A stretch of DNA of 64,000 nt from Clostridia bacterium. GTDB taxonomy: Bacteria > Bacillota > Clostridia > Lachnospirales > JAOARL01. This document shows, one piece after another, positions 44,259 through 53,713 of the stretch (positions are counted from its first letter, which is position 1; every line of letters begins with the position of its first letter). The position numbers were made by a program, and so were the translations under genes. Below the pieces are notes generated by a model. It ran no database searches, had not been told where the DNA came from, and was given only the letters and a program-made list of their open reading frames with translations. The DNA is taken from the NCBI GenBank assembly GCA_025210555.1, contig JAOARL010000020.1, positions 5,265-69,264 of the forward strand, read 5' to 3'.

Positions 44259-45787
44259 AAAAAATAATAACGATGGTTATGATGTTTGCTGCTAGTTTTA
44301 TATTTGCTAATGCTAATACGTATGAAGATTATAAAGTAAATGTAAATGTAGCAAAAGACAATAAATACTATGTAGAAGAATCTTTTAATGTTTATTCACT
44401 TGAGGAAAAAATAAAAGTGAAAAATAAGTATGGATTTGATTATGTAAATGTCATAAGCAAGAATAACAACTACAAAGATCTAGAGTTTACAAATATAATA
44501 GTTAAACCAAAAAAACAAAATGATGAAGCTATAAATGAATATGAGCTATCATATACAATTGAAAAAGGAAGTGTTGATAACAAAGAAATAAGATTTAAAT
44601 TAGGACCATTTGATAAAGGTGTAAATAATTTAAATGTGTCACTTAGCTTAGCTAAGCCAATTGAATTAAAAAACGTTAAGGTATTAATAAATGGTTATAA
44701 AATAACAAAGGGGTTTTATTACAAAGACAGAAGATTTTCGCTAATAATCCCTAGTCTTCAAAAAAGTGATAGTGTTGAAATAAAAATAAAAGATAAAGAT
44801 TATTTTATAAAGGAAGATCAGTTTTTAAAAACAAAAATATATGCAGCTATATTTATAATAGTTATATTCATAATATTATATTTTATAAATAGAGAAAAAA
44901 ATGGAGCAATAGGAACGAAAGCAAAAACTTTAGAAGAAGAATATATAAGTCCTTTTTATATTACATATTTTTCAAGAAAAGATATTAAGTCATTAGATCT
45001 TATAAATCAAATGATTTATTGGGCTAATAATGGATATGTGAAAATTTACGAAAAGGAAGATGGTTATGTATTTAGTAAAATAAAAGCACCAAAAGATAAT
45101 ATGTTTGAAGAAATAGTTTTTGATGAAGTTTTTGGACATCAAAATGAAATTAATTCTGTGGATATTGAAAAAGCTATACATCATATAAAAAGACATCTAG
45201 ATATAAGGGTTGAAAAGTATTTTAATAATGATGCAAATAAAATACATGTATTTTCAGAGAATATATATAAGCTTATAGAATATGTTTTAATATTTGTAGC
45301 AACTACATACATTATGTCAGGATATATAAATATGTATCAGGAAGTAAATATGATTATAGCGGGAGCTGTAATAGCGGTAGGATCTGTTTGTATACCAATA
45401 AAAAGGATTAATAGGGATGAGATAGCTAAAGAAATTATAGAAGTAATTAGCTTCTATATAATTTTTAAAATTCTTTTTGGAATTCATACAATTGATTATT
45501 TAATAATAATAGCAGCAGGTAATTTAATATATGTAATGCTTAAAGCTATGGATGCATATACATACTTAGGCGAGAAAAAGAATGAAGAAATAATAGGTTT
45601 CAAAAAGTATTTAGAAACGTTAGAAGTTGATGAGTTTGAATTAAAATACTTACCATTTTTAAGAACTTTTGATATAGAAAAAGAATTTTTAAGTAGAATA
45701 AACATTGAAAAACCAGTATGGTTTGATGTTAAAGAATATGATAAAAACGAAATTTTAGAATTAAGTGAAGGAAAAGTTAAAAGATGA
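44255..45787 (+). CDS. multi-pass membrane protein, DUF2207-like layout
   Basis: 510 aa; signal peptide, ~190-aa extracytoplasmic domain, several TM helices; layout only. Confidence 0.4.
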   Translation: MKKIITMVMMFAASFIFANANTYEDYKVNVNVAKDNKYYVEESFNVYSLEEKIKVKNKYGFDYVNVISKNNNYKDLEFTNIIVKPKKQNDEAINEYELSYTIEKGSVDNKEIRFKLGPFDKGVNNLNVSLSLAKPIELKNVKVLINGYKITKGFYYKDRRFSLIIPSLQKSDSVEIKIKDKDYFIKEDQFLKTKIYAAIFIIVIFIILYFINREKNGAIGTKAKTLEEEYISPFYITYFSRKDIKSLDLINQMIYWANNGYVKIYEKEDGYVFSKIKAPKDNMFEEIVFDEVFGHQNEINSVDIEKAIHHIKRHLDIRVEKYFNNDANKIHVFSENIYKLIEYVLIFVATTYIMSGYINMYQEVNMIIAGAVIAVGSVCIPIKRINRDEIAKEIIEVISFYIIFKILFGIHTIDYLIIIAAGNLIYVMLKAMDAYTYLGEKKNEEIIGFKKYLETLEVDEFELKYLPFLRTFDIEKEFLSRINIEKPVWFDVKEYDKNEILELSEGKVKR

Positions 45788-46263
45788 AAATAAAATTAAT
45801 AAGTGTAGGTAAAATAAAAGAAAAATTTTATAGAGAAGCTATATCAGAGTTTGAAAAAAGGTTAACCAGATATTGTAAGCTTGAAATAGTTGAAGTAGCT
45901 GATGAGAAAACTCCGGATAATGCAAGTGATAAAGAAGAAGAAATTATTAAGAGCAAAGAAGCAGAAAAGATAAGTAAACATATTAAGGATGGAACTTATA
46001 TAGTAGCTCTTTGTATAGAGGGTAAACAATTGTCTTCAGAAGAGTTTGCAAGTACTATAAGTAAGTTAGGCAATGAAGGGAAAAGTGATATAACGTTTAT
46101 AATAGGTGGATCATTAGGTATACATGATAGTATAAAAAACAAAGCTAATTTGAAGCTTAGCTTTTCAAAGATGACATTCCCTCATCAAATGTTTAAAGTA
46201 GTATTATTAGAGCAAATATATAGATCATTTAGAATAACGGCTAATGAACCATATCATAAGTAA
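45784..46263 (+). CDS. rlmH: 23S rRNA (pseudouridine1915-N3)-methyltransferase
   Basis: 159 aa; SPOUT family; IGGSLGIHDS..., C-terminus ...NEPYHK typical of RlmH/OrfX. Confidence 0.9.
   Translation: MKIKLISVGKIKEKFYREAISEFEKRLTRYCKLEIVEVADEKTPDNASDKEEEIIKSKEAEKISKHIKDGTYIVALCIEGKQLSSEEFASTISKLGNEGKSDITFIIGGSLGIHDSIKNKANLKLSFSKMTFPHQMFKVVLLEQIYRSFRITANEPYHK
46247..46263 (+). repeat. direct repeat L: last 17 nt of rlmH (aaccatatcataagtaa)
   Basis: 15/17 identical to 47618-47634. Confidence 0.6.
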
Positions 46264-46265
46264 TT

Positions 46266-46295
46266 AAAGAGTGTAGAGATACACTCTTTTTATTT
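46266..46295 (+). terminator. intrinsic terminator
   Basis: 9-bp stem aagagtgta/tacactctt, loop gaga, T-run. Confidence 0.8.
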
Positions 46296-46407
46296 TGCTG
46301 ATAAAATAATATTTAAATGAATATAACAGTGTGATAAAATAAAAAAGAATTGATATTAAAGTATAAAGAATAAGGAAAAAGGTATATAAGAAATGTAGGT
46401 GGAGTTT

Positions 46408-47541
46408 ATGAGATTAAGTAGAAAGACAGAGGAGTTATTAATAGAGTTACTAAAAAATGAGGATAAGGGTAAATTAGGTGGTTACATAAGTGAATTGTAT
46501 AAGAATAAGTCCCATGCTGAAAAAACAGAAGTTAATCAGAGATTAGGTGATATTAAAAATAGCGGACTAGCTAATGTTCAATATGGAGATGATATTGCTT
46601 ATTTAGTGTCACTTACTCATAAAGCATATGATTATATTGAAGATAACAGATTATATATTAAACTTTTTGATAAGGATAAATTAATAGAGATTCTAAAAAC
46701 TATTGGTAGTTCAAATGGTATAAATAAGATATTGATATATGATATTGGAAGTTGTGGAAAGTCTCAGATTGGTTGGAGACAAAACGATGAGTATGAATGG
46801 CAAATAAAAATAGAAGCAATATCAGGCATGTTGTTAGTTAAACGTGTAGCAGGAGAAGTTGAAAAGGAAATGAGTAAGTATGGGTTCGAAGTGATTGAAA
46901 TAAATGATGATAATTCTACACCTAGGTTTAAGCGTTATATAAAATTTGCGCATGCATCAGTAATTCCTACGGAACCTATTCAATATGGTCAGAAACAAGT
47001 TTTTAACTTCGAAAATTTTTTTAATGATTTCATGAATTCTTGTATTAGGTTACAGGGAAATAAAAGAGCTAGTGAAGGGAACGAAGATGAAAAGACGACA
47101 TATATAAGGGATATGCTAAACGCAGCTAACTATAATGTCTTAGACCAAACTAAAAGAGGACAGTCTGCCACTGGTTTGCAAGCAGGAGAAGTAGATTTAT
47201 TAGTATGCGATTTAGAGTCAATTCCAACAGCAATAATTGAAGCGTTGGTCTTAGAATCAGTTGATTCAGCAAGTATTAAACTTCATATAGATAAATTGTC
47301 AGGTTATGATGCTAATGGTCTTGATAAGAATATTATTTTATCATATGTGTATATTGCTGATTTTAAGAGCTTTACAGAAAGATATAAAAGACATATTGGA
47401 GAAGCTAAGTTTAATTTTCCTTTGACTGACATTGAGGATATATCTAATAAACAATATAGTGAGATAAAAGTGATTAGTTCTAAGTTTAATAGAAGTGGAC
47501 TAGATAGAGAACTGTTTCATGTTCTCCTGAATCTAAAGTAG
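46408..47541 (+). CDS. hypothetical protein; C-terminal third may be PD-(D/E)xK-like
   Basis: Start moved to ATG 46408 (AGGTGGAG upstream); GEVDLLVCD...AIIEALVL resembles the GxxDhhh...hhhExK core but lacks the Lys. Confidence 0.5.
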   Translation: MRLSRKTEELLIELLKNEDKGKLGGYISELYKNKSHAEKTEVNQRLGDIKNSGLANVQYGDDIAYLVSLTHKAYDYIEDNRLYIKLFDKDKLIEILKTIGSSNGINKILIYDIGSCGKSQIGWRQNDEYEWQIKIEAISGMLLVKRVAGEVEKEMSKYGFEVIEINDDNSTPRFKRYIKFAHASVIPTEPIQYGQKQVFNFENFFNDFMNSCIRLQGNKRASEGNEDEKTTYIRDMLNAANYNVLDQTKRGQSATGLQAGEVDLLVCDLESIPTAIIEALVLESVDSASIKLHIDKLSGYDANGLDKNIILSYVYIADFKSFTERYKRHIGEAKFNFPLTDIEDISNKQYSEIKVISSKFNRSGLDRELFHVLLNLK

Positions 47542-47617
47542 ATTGAAAGAACAGTTCAGTTATAGTAAACTCTAGATTATTAAGTGAAGATGTATATAAT
47601 TTTTTAGAGTTAGTAGA

Positions 47618-47634
47618 AACCATATTATAAATAA
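47618..47634 (+). repeat. direct repeat R (aaccatattataaataa)
   Basis: Intergenic; 15/17 identical to the rlmH 3' end at 46247-46263. Confidence 0.6.
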
Positions 47635-47657
47635 ATTATTCTAACATAGGAGGAAAA

Positions 47658-47867
47658 ATGGCTACATATAAAAATATACAGAAATATGTTAAAGATAAAT
47701 ATGGAAATTCAATTAAAACTTGTTGGATCGCAGATATGAAAGAATACCATGGTTTGAAAAAAAGAATAGCACCAAATAGAATTTCAATGGATACAAAAAC
47801 AAATCCATGCCCAAAAGATAAAATGGATATGATAACAGAAGCATTTAAGCATTTTAATATGATTTAA
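47658..47867 (+). CDS. small conserved-looking protein, unknown function
   Basis: 69 aa; SD AGGAGG; YGNSIKTCWIADMKEYHGL...APNR...NPCP pattern. Confidence 0.55.
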   Translation: MATYKNIQKYVKDKYGNSIKTCWIADMKEYHGLKKRIAPNRISMDTKTNPCPKDKMDMITEAFKHFNMI

Positions 47868-47933
47868 TATTTGATATAAATGAATAATAGTGGTATTATA
47901 TTTCAGGATATTTAAGTTGAGGAGGAATATAAT

Positions 47934-48275
47934 ATGGAAAGTTTACCAAATTGTCCTAAATGTAAATCAGAATATGTATACGAGGATGGAAATATGTTAG
48001 TATGTCCAGAATGTTCATATGAATTTACTTTAGAGGAAGTTACTGAAGTTGAAAAAGTATATAAAGATGCTAATGGAAATGTATTAGTTGATGGGGATTC
48101 AGTAACAGTTATAAAAGATCTTAAAATAGATGGTTCTACAACAAATGTTGTAAAGAAAGGAACTAAAGTTAAAAATATAAGATTTATAGAAGAAGTTAAT
48201 GGACATGATATAGCTTGTAAGATAGATGGATTTGGAGCTATGTATTTAAAGTCAAAATATGTTAAGAAAAACTAG
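47934..48275 (+). CDS. yjdM: PhnA/YjdM family zinc-ribbon protein
   Basis: 113 aa; CPKC...CPEC ribbon, then SH3-like C-terminal domain ([12 protein letters not shown]...GTKVKNIR). Confidence 0.85.
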   Translation: MESLPNCPKCKSEYVYEDGNMLVCPECSYEFTLEEVTEVEKVYKDANGNVLVDGDSVTVIKDLKIDGSTTNVVKKGTKVKNIRFIEEVNGHDIACKIDGFGAMYLKSKYVKKN

Positions 48276-48297
48276 AGTTTATTCTAGTTTTTTTTAT
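48269..48297 (+). terminator. intrinsic terminator
   Basis: aactaga-gtttat-tctagtt plus T8; stop codon in stem. Confidence 0.7.
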
Positions 48298-48341
48298 TGT
48301 AATAAGGTATATTTAGAGTATAAAAATATAAGGAGTGAATT

Positions 48342-49172
48342 ATGTTAGAAAATTTAAAGAAATACTTGATGATTTTTACGGGAATATTTTTCCTAACATT
48401 AGCAATAAACAATGTTTTCATACCATTTAAAATATTAAGTGGAGGGATAACAGGATTTACACTTTTTGTGCACTTATTAACGGGTGCAGAAAAAGGAATG
48501 ACATTTTTTTTAATGAACATACCGCTAGTTATAATAGGCTTTATATTTGTAAATAGAAAATTTATGATAGAAACTTTTATAACTATGTTTACACTAAGTT
48601 TAGCTTTAAAATATGGAAGTAGTGTAGATTTAAATATACAATCAAGTTTAAATGCTATGTTTTTTGGTGGGGTTACTTATGGTCTAGGACTTGGAATTAT
48701 ATTTAAAACAGGCGCTTCAACAGGTGGAATAGATATTTTAGCTAAAATAGCTAAAAAATACTTTAACTATAGTATGGGAACGTTTCTTATAACGTTTAAT
48801 CTTATTATAGTTGCCTTATCAGCATACTTCTTTAATATTGATAGTGCTCTTAATACTATGATTGTTATACTTATATATGGACAAGTATCTAACTTAGTGG
48901 TTAGAGGATTTAATAGAGAATGTAATGTTTTTATTATATCTGAAAAAGAAAAAGAGATTGTAATGATGATAGAAAGTATATTTGGAAATGAACCAGTTGA
49001 AATCTTTGAAAAATATGCAGAAGATGAAGATACAAATAAGAAAATGATTTTCTATACTGTGAGATATAGTAAAGTGCCTATGCTTGAAGAAAATATAAAG
49101 GCAATTGATCCAGAAGCTTATGTAACAATCACTGAAACTCTTGAAGTTGTAGGAAAACAAAGACTTATATAA
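48342..49172 (+). CDS. YitT family membrane protein (DUF2179 C-terminal domain)
   Basis: 276 aa; ~5 TM helices, GGxTG motifs, soluble C-terminal domain. Confidence 0.7.
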   Translation: MLENLKKYLMIFTGIFFLTLAINNVFIPFKILSGGITGFTLFVHLLTGAEKGMTFFLMNIPLVIIGFIFVNRKFMIETFITMFTLSLALKYGSSVDLNIQSSLNAMFFGGVTYGLGLGIIFKTGASTGGIDILAKIAKKYFNYSMGTFLITFNLIIVALSAYFFNIDSALNTMIVILIYGQVSNLVVRGFNRECNVFIISEKEKEIVMMIESIFGNEPVEIFEKYAEDEDTNKKMIFYTVRYSKVPMLEENIKAIDPEAYVTITETLEVVGKQRLI

Positions 49173-49239
49173 AAAGTCTGAAAATTTATTAAAAAGTACT
49201 TGATTTTTTAAAAAAAGAGAGTAAAATATGGAATAGATA

Positions 49240-49273
49240 ACAAGTCATCTTGCTATGGCTTGTTTTTGCTTTT
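49240..49273 (+). terminator. intrinsic terminator (probably of the YitT gene)
   Basis: 9-bp stem acaagtcat/atggcttgt (one G-U), 6-nt loop, T-rich tail. Confidence 0.65.
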
Positions 49274-49338
49274 AGAAAAAATAACGCTAAGGCGATTATC
49301 GGATAGATATACAAATAAGATAATTGGAGATGAGAAAA

Positions 49339-49665
49339 ATGGGAAAAAGTATTGAGCAAGAATGCTTAGAAATGGAAAAAGAATTAAATGAAGCAACAGA
49401 AGCATTTGGAGTAGAAGTTATGGAAGGCATATATCCAACAATAAGCATGGAAGGCGATACAACAAAAATAGGGGTTGTATCAAAAAGTAAGAAACCATTA
49501 GATAAGATGAAAAATTTTGCAGTTGGTTTTTTTGGAAGAGAATTGGTTGATTATGTAATTTATACAAAAAATGACAAAGGGAATGTTATGGTAAGAGATG
49601 AGCAAAGGATTGTTCATAGAGATTTTAGTGAGATCCAAAAAGGGATGAATGAATTAATAAAATAA
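49339..49665 (+). CDS. hypothetical protein
   Basis: Start moved to ATG 49339 (GGAGA 8 nt upstream; track start TTG 49324); no motif. Confidence 0.5.
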   Translation: MGKSIEQECLEMEKELNEATEAFGVEVMEGIYPTISMEGDTTKIGVVSKSKKPLDKMKNFAVGFFGRELVDYVIYTKNDKGNVMVRDEQRIVHRDFSEIQKGMNELIK

Positions 49666-49677
49666 TAGGAGGAAAAA

Positions 49678-50208
49678 ATGTTAGGACTTGTAGGAATGAA
49701 ACTTTATATAGTAATATTTGTACTTAAAACAATAGAAGTATCAATAGCTACTTTTAGAATGATACTTAGTGCAAAGGGCGAAAAAATATGGGCATCAATT
49801 ATAGGTTTTTTTGAGATAGTACTGTGGATAGGGCTAGCTGCAACAGTTCTTAATGGAATACAAGAAGATCCAGGAAAGATGATAGCATATTCTTTAGGGT
49901 TCTGTGTTGGTATATATTTAGGAGGAATCTTAGATAATAAATTGGCAGTAGGAAATGTTAAAGTTAATGCTATAGTAATGGAAGAAGATGGAAAAGAACT
50001 AGCTGCTAAGATAAGAGAACATGGTTTTGCAGTTACTAAATTTAAAGGTGAAGGAATGCACCACCCAAGATATATGTTAGTTATGATAATTAAGAGAAGA
50101 AGACTTAACGAGCTTAAAAAATTATTAACTGATTATCAAGAGAATATAGTAATAGATTATCATGATACTAATGCAGCTACATGTATGCATGGATTAGTTA
50201 GAAAATAG
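49678..50208 (+). CDS. UPF0316/YebE-like membrane protein (DUF2179 C-terminal domain)
   Basis: 176 aa; SD AGGAGG; three N-terminal TM helices plus soluble C-terminal domain. Confidence 0.65.
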   Translation: MLGLVGMKLYIVIFVLKTIEVSIATFRMILSAKGEKIWASIIGFFEIVLWIGLAATVLNGIQEDPGKMIAYSLGFCVGIYLGGILDNKLAVGNVKVNAIVMEEDGKELAAKIREHGFAVTKFKGEGMHHPRYMLVMIIKRRRLNELKKLLTDYQENIVIDYHDTNAATCMHGLVRK

Positions 50209-50232
50209 CTATTTATATAGCTATTTTTTTTA
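50204..50232 (+). terminator. intrinsic terminator
   Basis: atagctat-ttat-atagctat plus T8. Confidence 0.75.
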
Positions 50233-50252
50233 TGTTTTGATAAAATTTATTT

Positions 50253-50873
50253 ATGAATATATATGTAGATGGTGGATTTAATAAAAAATTAAATATAGGT
50301 GGATATGGAATTATTAGAGTTGAAGAAAGAGATAAATATTATTATATAGAAGAGCATTTTGGGTATGAGGAAGAAAGAGATAATAATTATATGGAAATGC
50401 TTGCTTATAGTAAGGCAAGAGAACTATATGGAAAAGATATAATTATTTATACAGACTCAAGAGATGTTATATATAAGGCTAATGATAAAAATTTAAAATG
50501 GATTAAGGGACATAAAAATAAGTGGAATATATTGGCAGATAGGGCAGCAAACAATGCTATAGTGAACAAAGTTTCTGGAAGTGAAAAGTATAAGCTTAAT
50601 AATAGTTTTTACATATTGAAAGATAGAGTTTGTGATATTGATATTAGTAAATATGAATATATAAAGAATTTGAGTTATGAAACAAAAGAATTTTTTAAAT
50701 ATATGATATGTGAGCATAATATAAATGTATATGAGCAATTTAATCATATGAGAATATCAGGAATTAATAAAGAAGGTATATATGAAAAATATATAAATAA
50801 AAATTATAGAAAAAAATATATAAAAGGAAATGAGGAAAGTATTAAAGAAATTATAGAAAGGGTTTGGAGATGA
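50253..50873 (+). CDS. RNase H type-1-like domain protein with ~90-aa C-terminal extension
   Basis: 206 aa; DEDD-type residues in IYVDGG, NNYMEMLA, IIYTDS, ILADRAANNA; no obvious SD. Confidence 0.6.
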   Translation: MNIYVDGGFNKKLNIGGYGIIRVEERDKYYYIEEHFGYEEERDNNYMEMLAYSKARELYGKDIIIYTDSRDVIYKANDKNLKWIKGHKNKWNILADRAANNAIVNKVSGSEKYKLNNSFYILKDRVCDIDISKYEYIKNLSYETKEFFKYMICEHNINVYEQFNHMRISGINKEGIYEKYINKNYRKKYIKGNEESIKEIIERVWR

Positions 50874-50877
50874 CAGT

Positions 50878-51207
50878 ATGGCAGAGTTTAGTGATTTTTT
50901 GAAGTTAGATATAAGAGTAGGAACAATAGTTGATTCAAAAGTATTTGAGGGAGTGAAAAGACCCGCATATAAATTATGGGTGGATTTTGGGTCAGAAATT
51001 GGCACAAAGAAAACTAGTGCTCAAATAACAGAAAAATATAAAGTAGAAGAATTGATAGGAAAGCAAGTATTAGGTATAATAAATTTTGATAACAAGCAAA
51101 TTAAGGATTTTATGTCTGAGTTTCTTGTGTTAGGATTATATGAAGAAGGTGGAGTTGTTTTAATAACTCCGGATCAAAAAGTAGAAAATGGAATTAAATT
51201 AGGATAG
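50878..51207 (+). CDS. csaA: tRNA-binding-domain chaperone CsaA
   Basis: 109 aa; near-colinear by eye with B. subtilis CsaA (LDIRVGTIV, AYKLWVDFG.EIG.K.SSAQIT, LVLG, PDQKV.NG.K.G). Confidence 0.85.
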   Translation: MAEFSDFLKLDIRVGTIVDSKVFEGVKRPAYKLWVDFGSEIGTKKTSAQITEKYKVEELIGKQVLGIINFDNKQIKDFMSEFLVLGLYEEGGVVLITPDQKVENGIKLG

Positions 51208-51216
51208 GAGAAAGTT

Positions 51217-51723
51217 ATGGAAATATTAAAGGAAATTGAAGATAAAAAAATAGAAAGCAAAGATTTTTATGCATTTAAAAGAGCTGCAAGAGCAGTTATA
51301 ATAAATGATAATAATGAGATAGGGCTCATGTACATTGGTAAGTATGATTATTACAAACTACCAGGTGGAGAAGTTGATTTTAATGAAGAAATACATGATG
51401 CACTTGGAAGAGAAATTGACGAAGAGGTAGGAAAGTGTGATATTGAGATATTAGATGAAATAGGAGTTGTTGTTGAAACTAGAGAGTTTGATAGAACTCT
51501 TAGTATGTCATATGCATTTTTGGTGAAAATTGTAAGTGATATAGGTCAAAACTTCCTAACTTCAGAAGAGAAGGAGCAAAGACTTGAATTTAAGTGGGTT
51601 GATATTAATGAGCTTGAAGAATTATTTAAAGTGAAAAATAATCATCCAGTAGAGATACTTACAAAAGATAGAGATTATACATTTATAAAAAAAGCATTAG
51701 AAAAAATAGAAGGTGGAAAATAG
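51217..51723 (+). CDS. NUDIX hydrolase
   Basis: 168 aa; Nudix box GGEVDFNEEIHDALGREIDEEVG. Confidence 0.8.
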   Translation: MEILKEIEDKKIESKDFYAFKRAARAVIINDNNEIGLMYIGKYDYYKLPGGEVDFNEEIHDALGREIDEEVGKCDIEILDEIGVVVETREFDRTLSMSYAFLVKIVSDIGQNFLTSEEKEQRLEFKWVDINELEELFKVKNNHPVEILTKDRDYTFIKKALEKIEGGK

Positions 51724-52350
51724 ATGAGAAAAATATTAAGTTTACTAGTATTAATGGCATTAACGTTTAGTTTTAGTTATGCAGAAGAAGATATGGAAAT
51801 AGTATATTTAGACGAAATAGATGGTCAGGAAGTATACGATATTGATGATCACTGGGCAGAAGAAACTATTAGAACATATATGTTAAATGGATATATAAAT
51901 GGATTTGAAGATGGAACATTTAGACCAAATGATACTATAACTAAAGAACAATTTGCAAAAATTGTAGTAGATTATTTGGCTCTTGAAGGTAAGGAATATT
52001 CATTTAGTGATGTTTCAAGTGATAGATGGTCAAAGTCTTTTGTAGGAGTCTTTGGTGGTTACATAGGAGAAAAAAGTGGAACTTTTAATCCAACAAAGGA
52101 ATTGACTAGAGAAGATGTAATAGTATATTTAGTTAAAATCAAGGAAAAATTAGGGGATAAATATTATAAATTTACTATCGATATAGATATTAGAGATGAA
52201 TTTGTAGATGGTGATAAAATAATAGATGCTGATAGAATTTTAAAGGGTGTGCATAATAAACTTGTAGAAGGTTATGAAGATGGAACTTTAAAACCAGACA
52301 AGAAAGTTACAAGAGCAGAATTTTTAACGATACTTGACAGATTACGTTAA
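51724..52350 (+). CDS. small SLH-domain protein
   Basis: 208 aa; signal peptide ...FSYA/EE; three SLH-like repeats (DIDDHWAEETI, FSDVSSDRWSKSFV, LKPDKKVTRAEFLTIL). Confidence 0.75.
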   Translation: MRKILSLLVLMALTFSFSYAEEDMEIVYLDEIDGQEVYDIDDHWAEETIRTYMLNGYINGFEDGTFRPNDTITKEQFAKIVVDYLALEGKEYSFSDVSSDRWSKSFVGVFGGYIGEKSGTFNPTKELTREDVIVYLVKIKEKLGDKYYKFTIDIDIRDEFVDGDKIIDADRILKGVHNKLVEGYEDGTLKPDKKVTRAEFLTILDRLR

Positions 52351-52379
52351 GCTAGTTATAATGATAAAAAATTAAAGCT

Positions 52380-52625
52380 ATGATTAAGAGTAGTAGCAGT
52401 GCTAAAATTTTTAGAGAGCTAAGGGTTGGTGAAACTTAGTAGTTAAAGCATATGTGAATGGACTTATGAGCGAGAGCCGAAACTTAGTAGGTGATACGTA
52501 TGTTCTGCGTTAAAGAAATAGGATGTGATGGCATCTGAAAAAGTGGGAATTCCAATTGAGGTGGTACCGCGGATAGTTTTAATTATTCGTCCTCTGCATA
52601 TACATGCAGGGGACTTTTTTATTTT
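52380..52625 (+). promoter_or_regulatory. T-box riboswitch, Trp specifier (UGG)
   Basis: AGAGA and GGTGAAA stem-I elements (52413-52435), specifier GAA-UGG-A with UGG at 52459-52461, T-box aattgaggtggtaccgcgg 52554-52572, terminator gtcctctgcat/atgcaggggac plus T-run 52588-52625; precedes trpS. Confidence 0.85.
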
Positions 52626-52640
52626 AAGGAGATGATTAGG

Positions 52641-53642
52641 ATGAGTAAGAAAATAATATTAACAGGAGATAGACCTACAGGTAAGTTACATTTAGGGCAT
52701 TACGTAGGATCTTTAAAAAACAGAATAGCTATGCAAGATGAGTATGAACAATATGTTCTTATAGCGGATCAACAAGCGTTAACAGATAACTTTGATAACC
52801 CAGAAAAGGTTATAACAAATGTGCTAGAAGTTGCAAAAGATTATTTAGCTGCGGGACTAGATCCAGCTAAAACAACTATATGCATACAATCACAACTTCC
52901 AGCTATAGCAGAGCTTACAATGTACTATATGAATCTTGTAACTATGTCTAGACTTATGAGAAACCCAACAGTTAAAAATGAAATAAAGCAAAAAAACTTT
53001 GGGGAGAGTACACCAGCTGGATTTGTTAATTATCCAATAAGCCAAGCTGCAGATATAACTGCATTTAAGGCAGAAGTGGTTCCAGTGGGTGAAGATCAAA
53101 AACCAATGATTGAGCAAACAAATGAAATAGTAAGAAGTTTTAATAGAATATACGGTGAAACACTTGTTGAGTGTGAGGCTGTTATTCCAAAAGTTGGAAG
53201 ACTTTGTGGTATTGATGGGAAAGCTAAAATGAGTAAATCTTTAGGTAATGGAATATACATCTCAGATGATAGTGAGACAGTTAAAAAGAAAGTAATGGGT
53301 ATGTATACAGATCCAGATCACATTAGAGTTGAAGATCCAGGAAAAGTTGAAGGAAACGTAGTATTTGAATATCTTGATGTATTTGGAACAGATAAGGAAA
53401 AAATAGAAGAGATGAAAGATCATTATAAAAGAGGTGGACTTGGTGATGTTGTAACTAAGAGATACCTTATTGAAGTTTTAGAAGAAGTTCTTTCACCTAT
53501 TAGAGAAAAGAGAAAGTACTATGATGAGCATGAAGATGAGGTTATGGCTGTCTTAAAATCAGGAACTGAGAAAGCTAGAAAAGTAACAGATAAAACGCTA
53601 GAGGATGTAAAAAATTCAATGGGAATAAATTACTTCAAATAA
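52641..53642 (+). CDS. trpS: tryptophan--tRNA ligase
   Basis: Start moved to ATG 52641 (AAGGAG upstream); HIGH (GKLHLGHY) and KMSKS (KAKMSKSLG) motifs. Confidence 0.9.
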   Translation: MSKKIILTGDRPTGKLHLGHYVGSLKNRIAMQDEYEQYVLIADQQALTDNFDNPEKVITNVLEVAKDYLAAGLDPAKTTICIQSQLPAIAELTMYYMNLVTMSRLMRNPTVKNEIKQKNFGESTPAGFVNYPISQAADITAFKAEVVPVGEDQKPMIEQTNEIVRSFNRIYGETLVECEAVIPKVGRLCGIDGKAKMSKSLGNGIYISDDSETVKKKVMGMYTDPDHIRVEDPGKVEGNVVFEYLDVFGTDKEKIEEMKDHYKRGGLGDVVTKRYLIEVLEEVLSPIREKRKYYDEHEDEVMAVLKSGTEKARKVTDKTLEDVKNSMGINYFK

Positions 53643-53660
53643 AAAAAGTTGAGAATTTTC

Positions 53661-53700
53661 AGAAAACGATATATAATATACATATACGTTTTCTTTTTTT
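53661..53700 (+). terminator. intrinsic terminator
   Basis: agaaaacg...cgttttct stem with AT-rich interior, T7. Confidence 0.7.
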
Positions 53701-53713
53701 AGGAGGAGATTAT

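Noticed and set aside
49200-49273. TTGATT-16-TAAAAT promoter-like sequence followed within ~10 nt by a good terminator; possible tiny sRNA or attenuator
   Set aside because: The transcript would be only ~40 nt. The hairpin is more simply the terminator of the upstream YitT gene, and the promoter-like hexamers are weakly supported.
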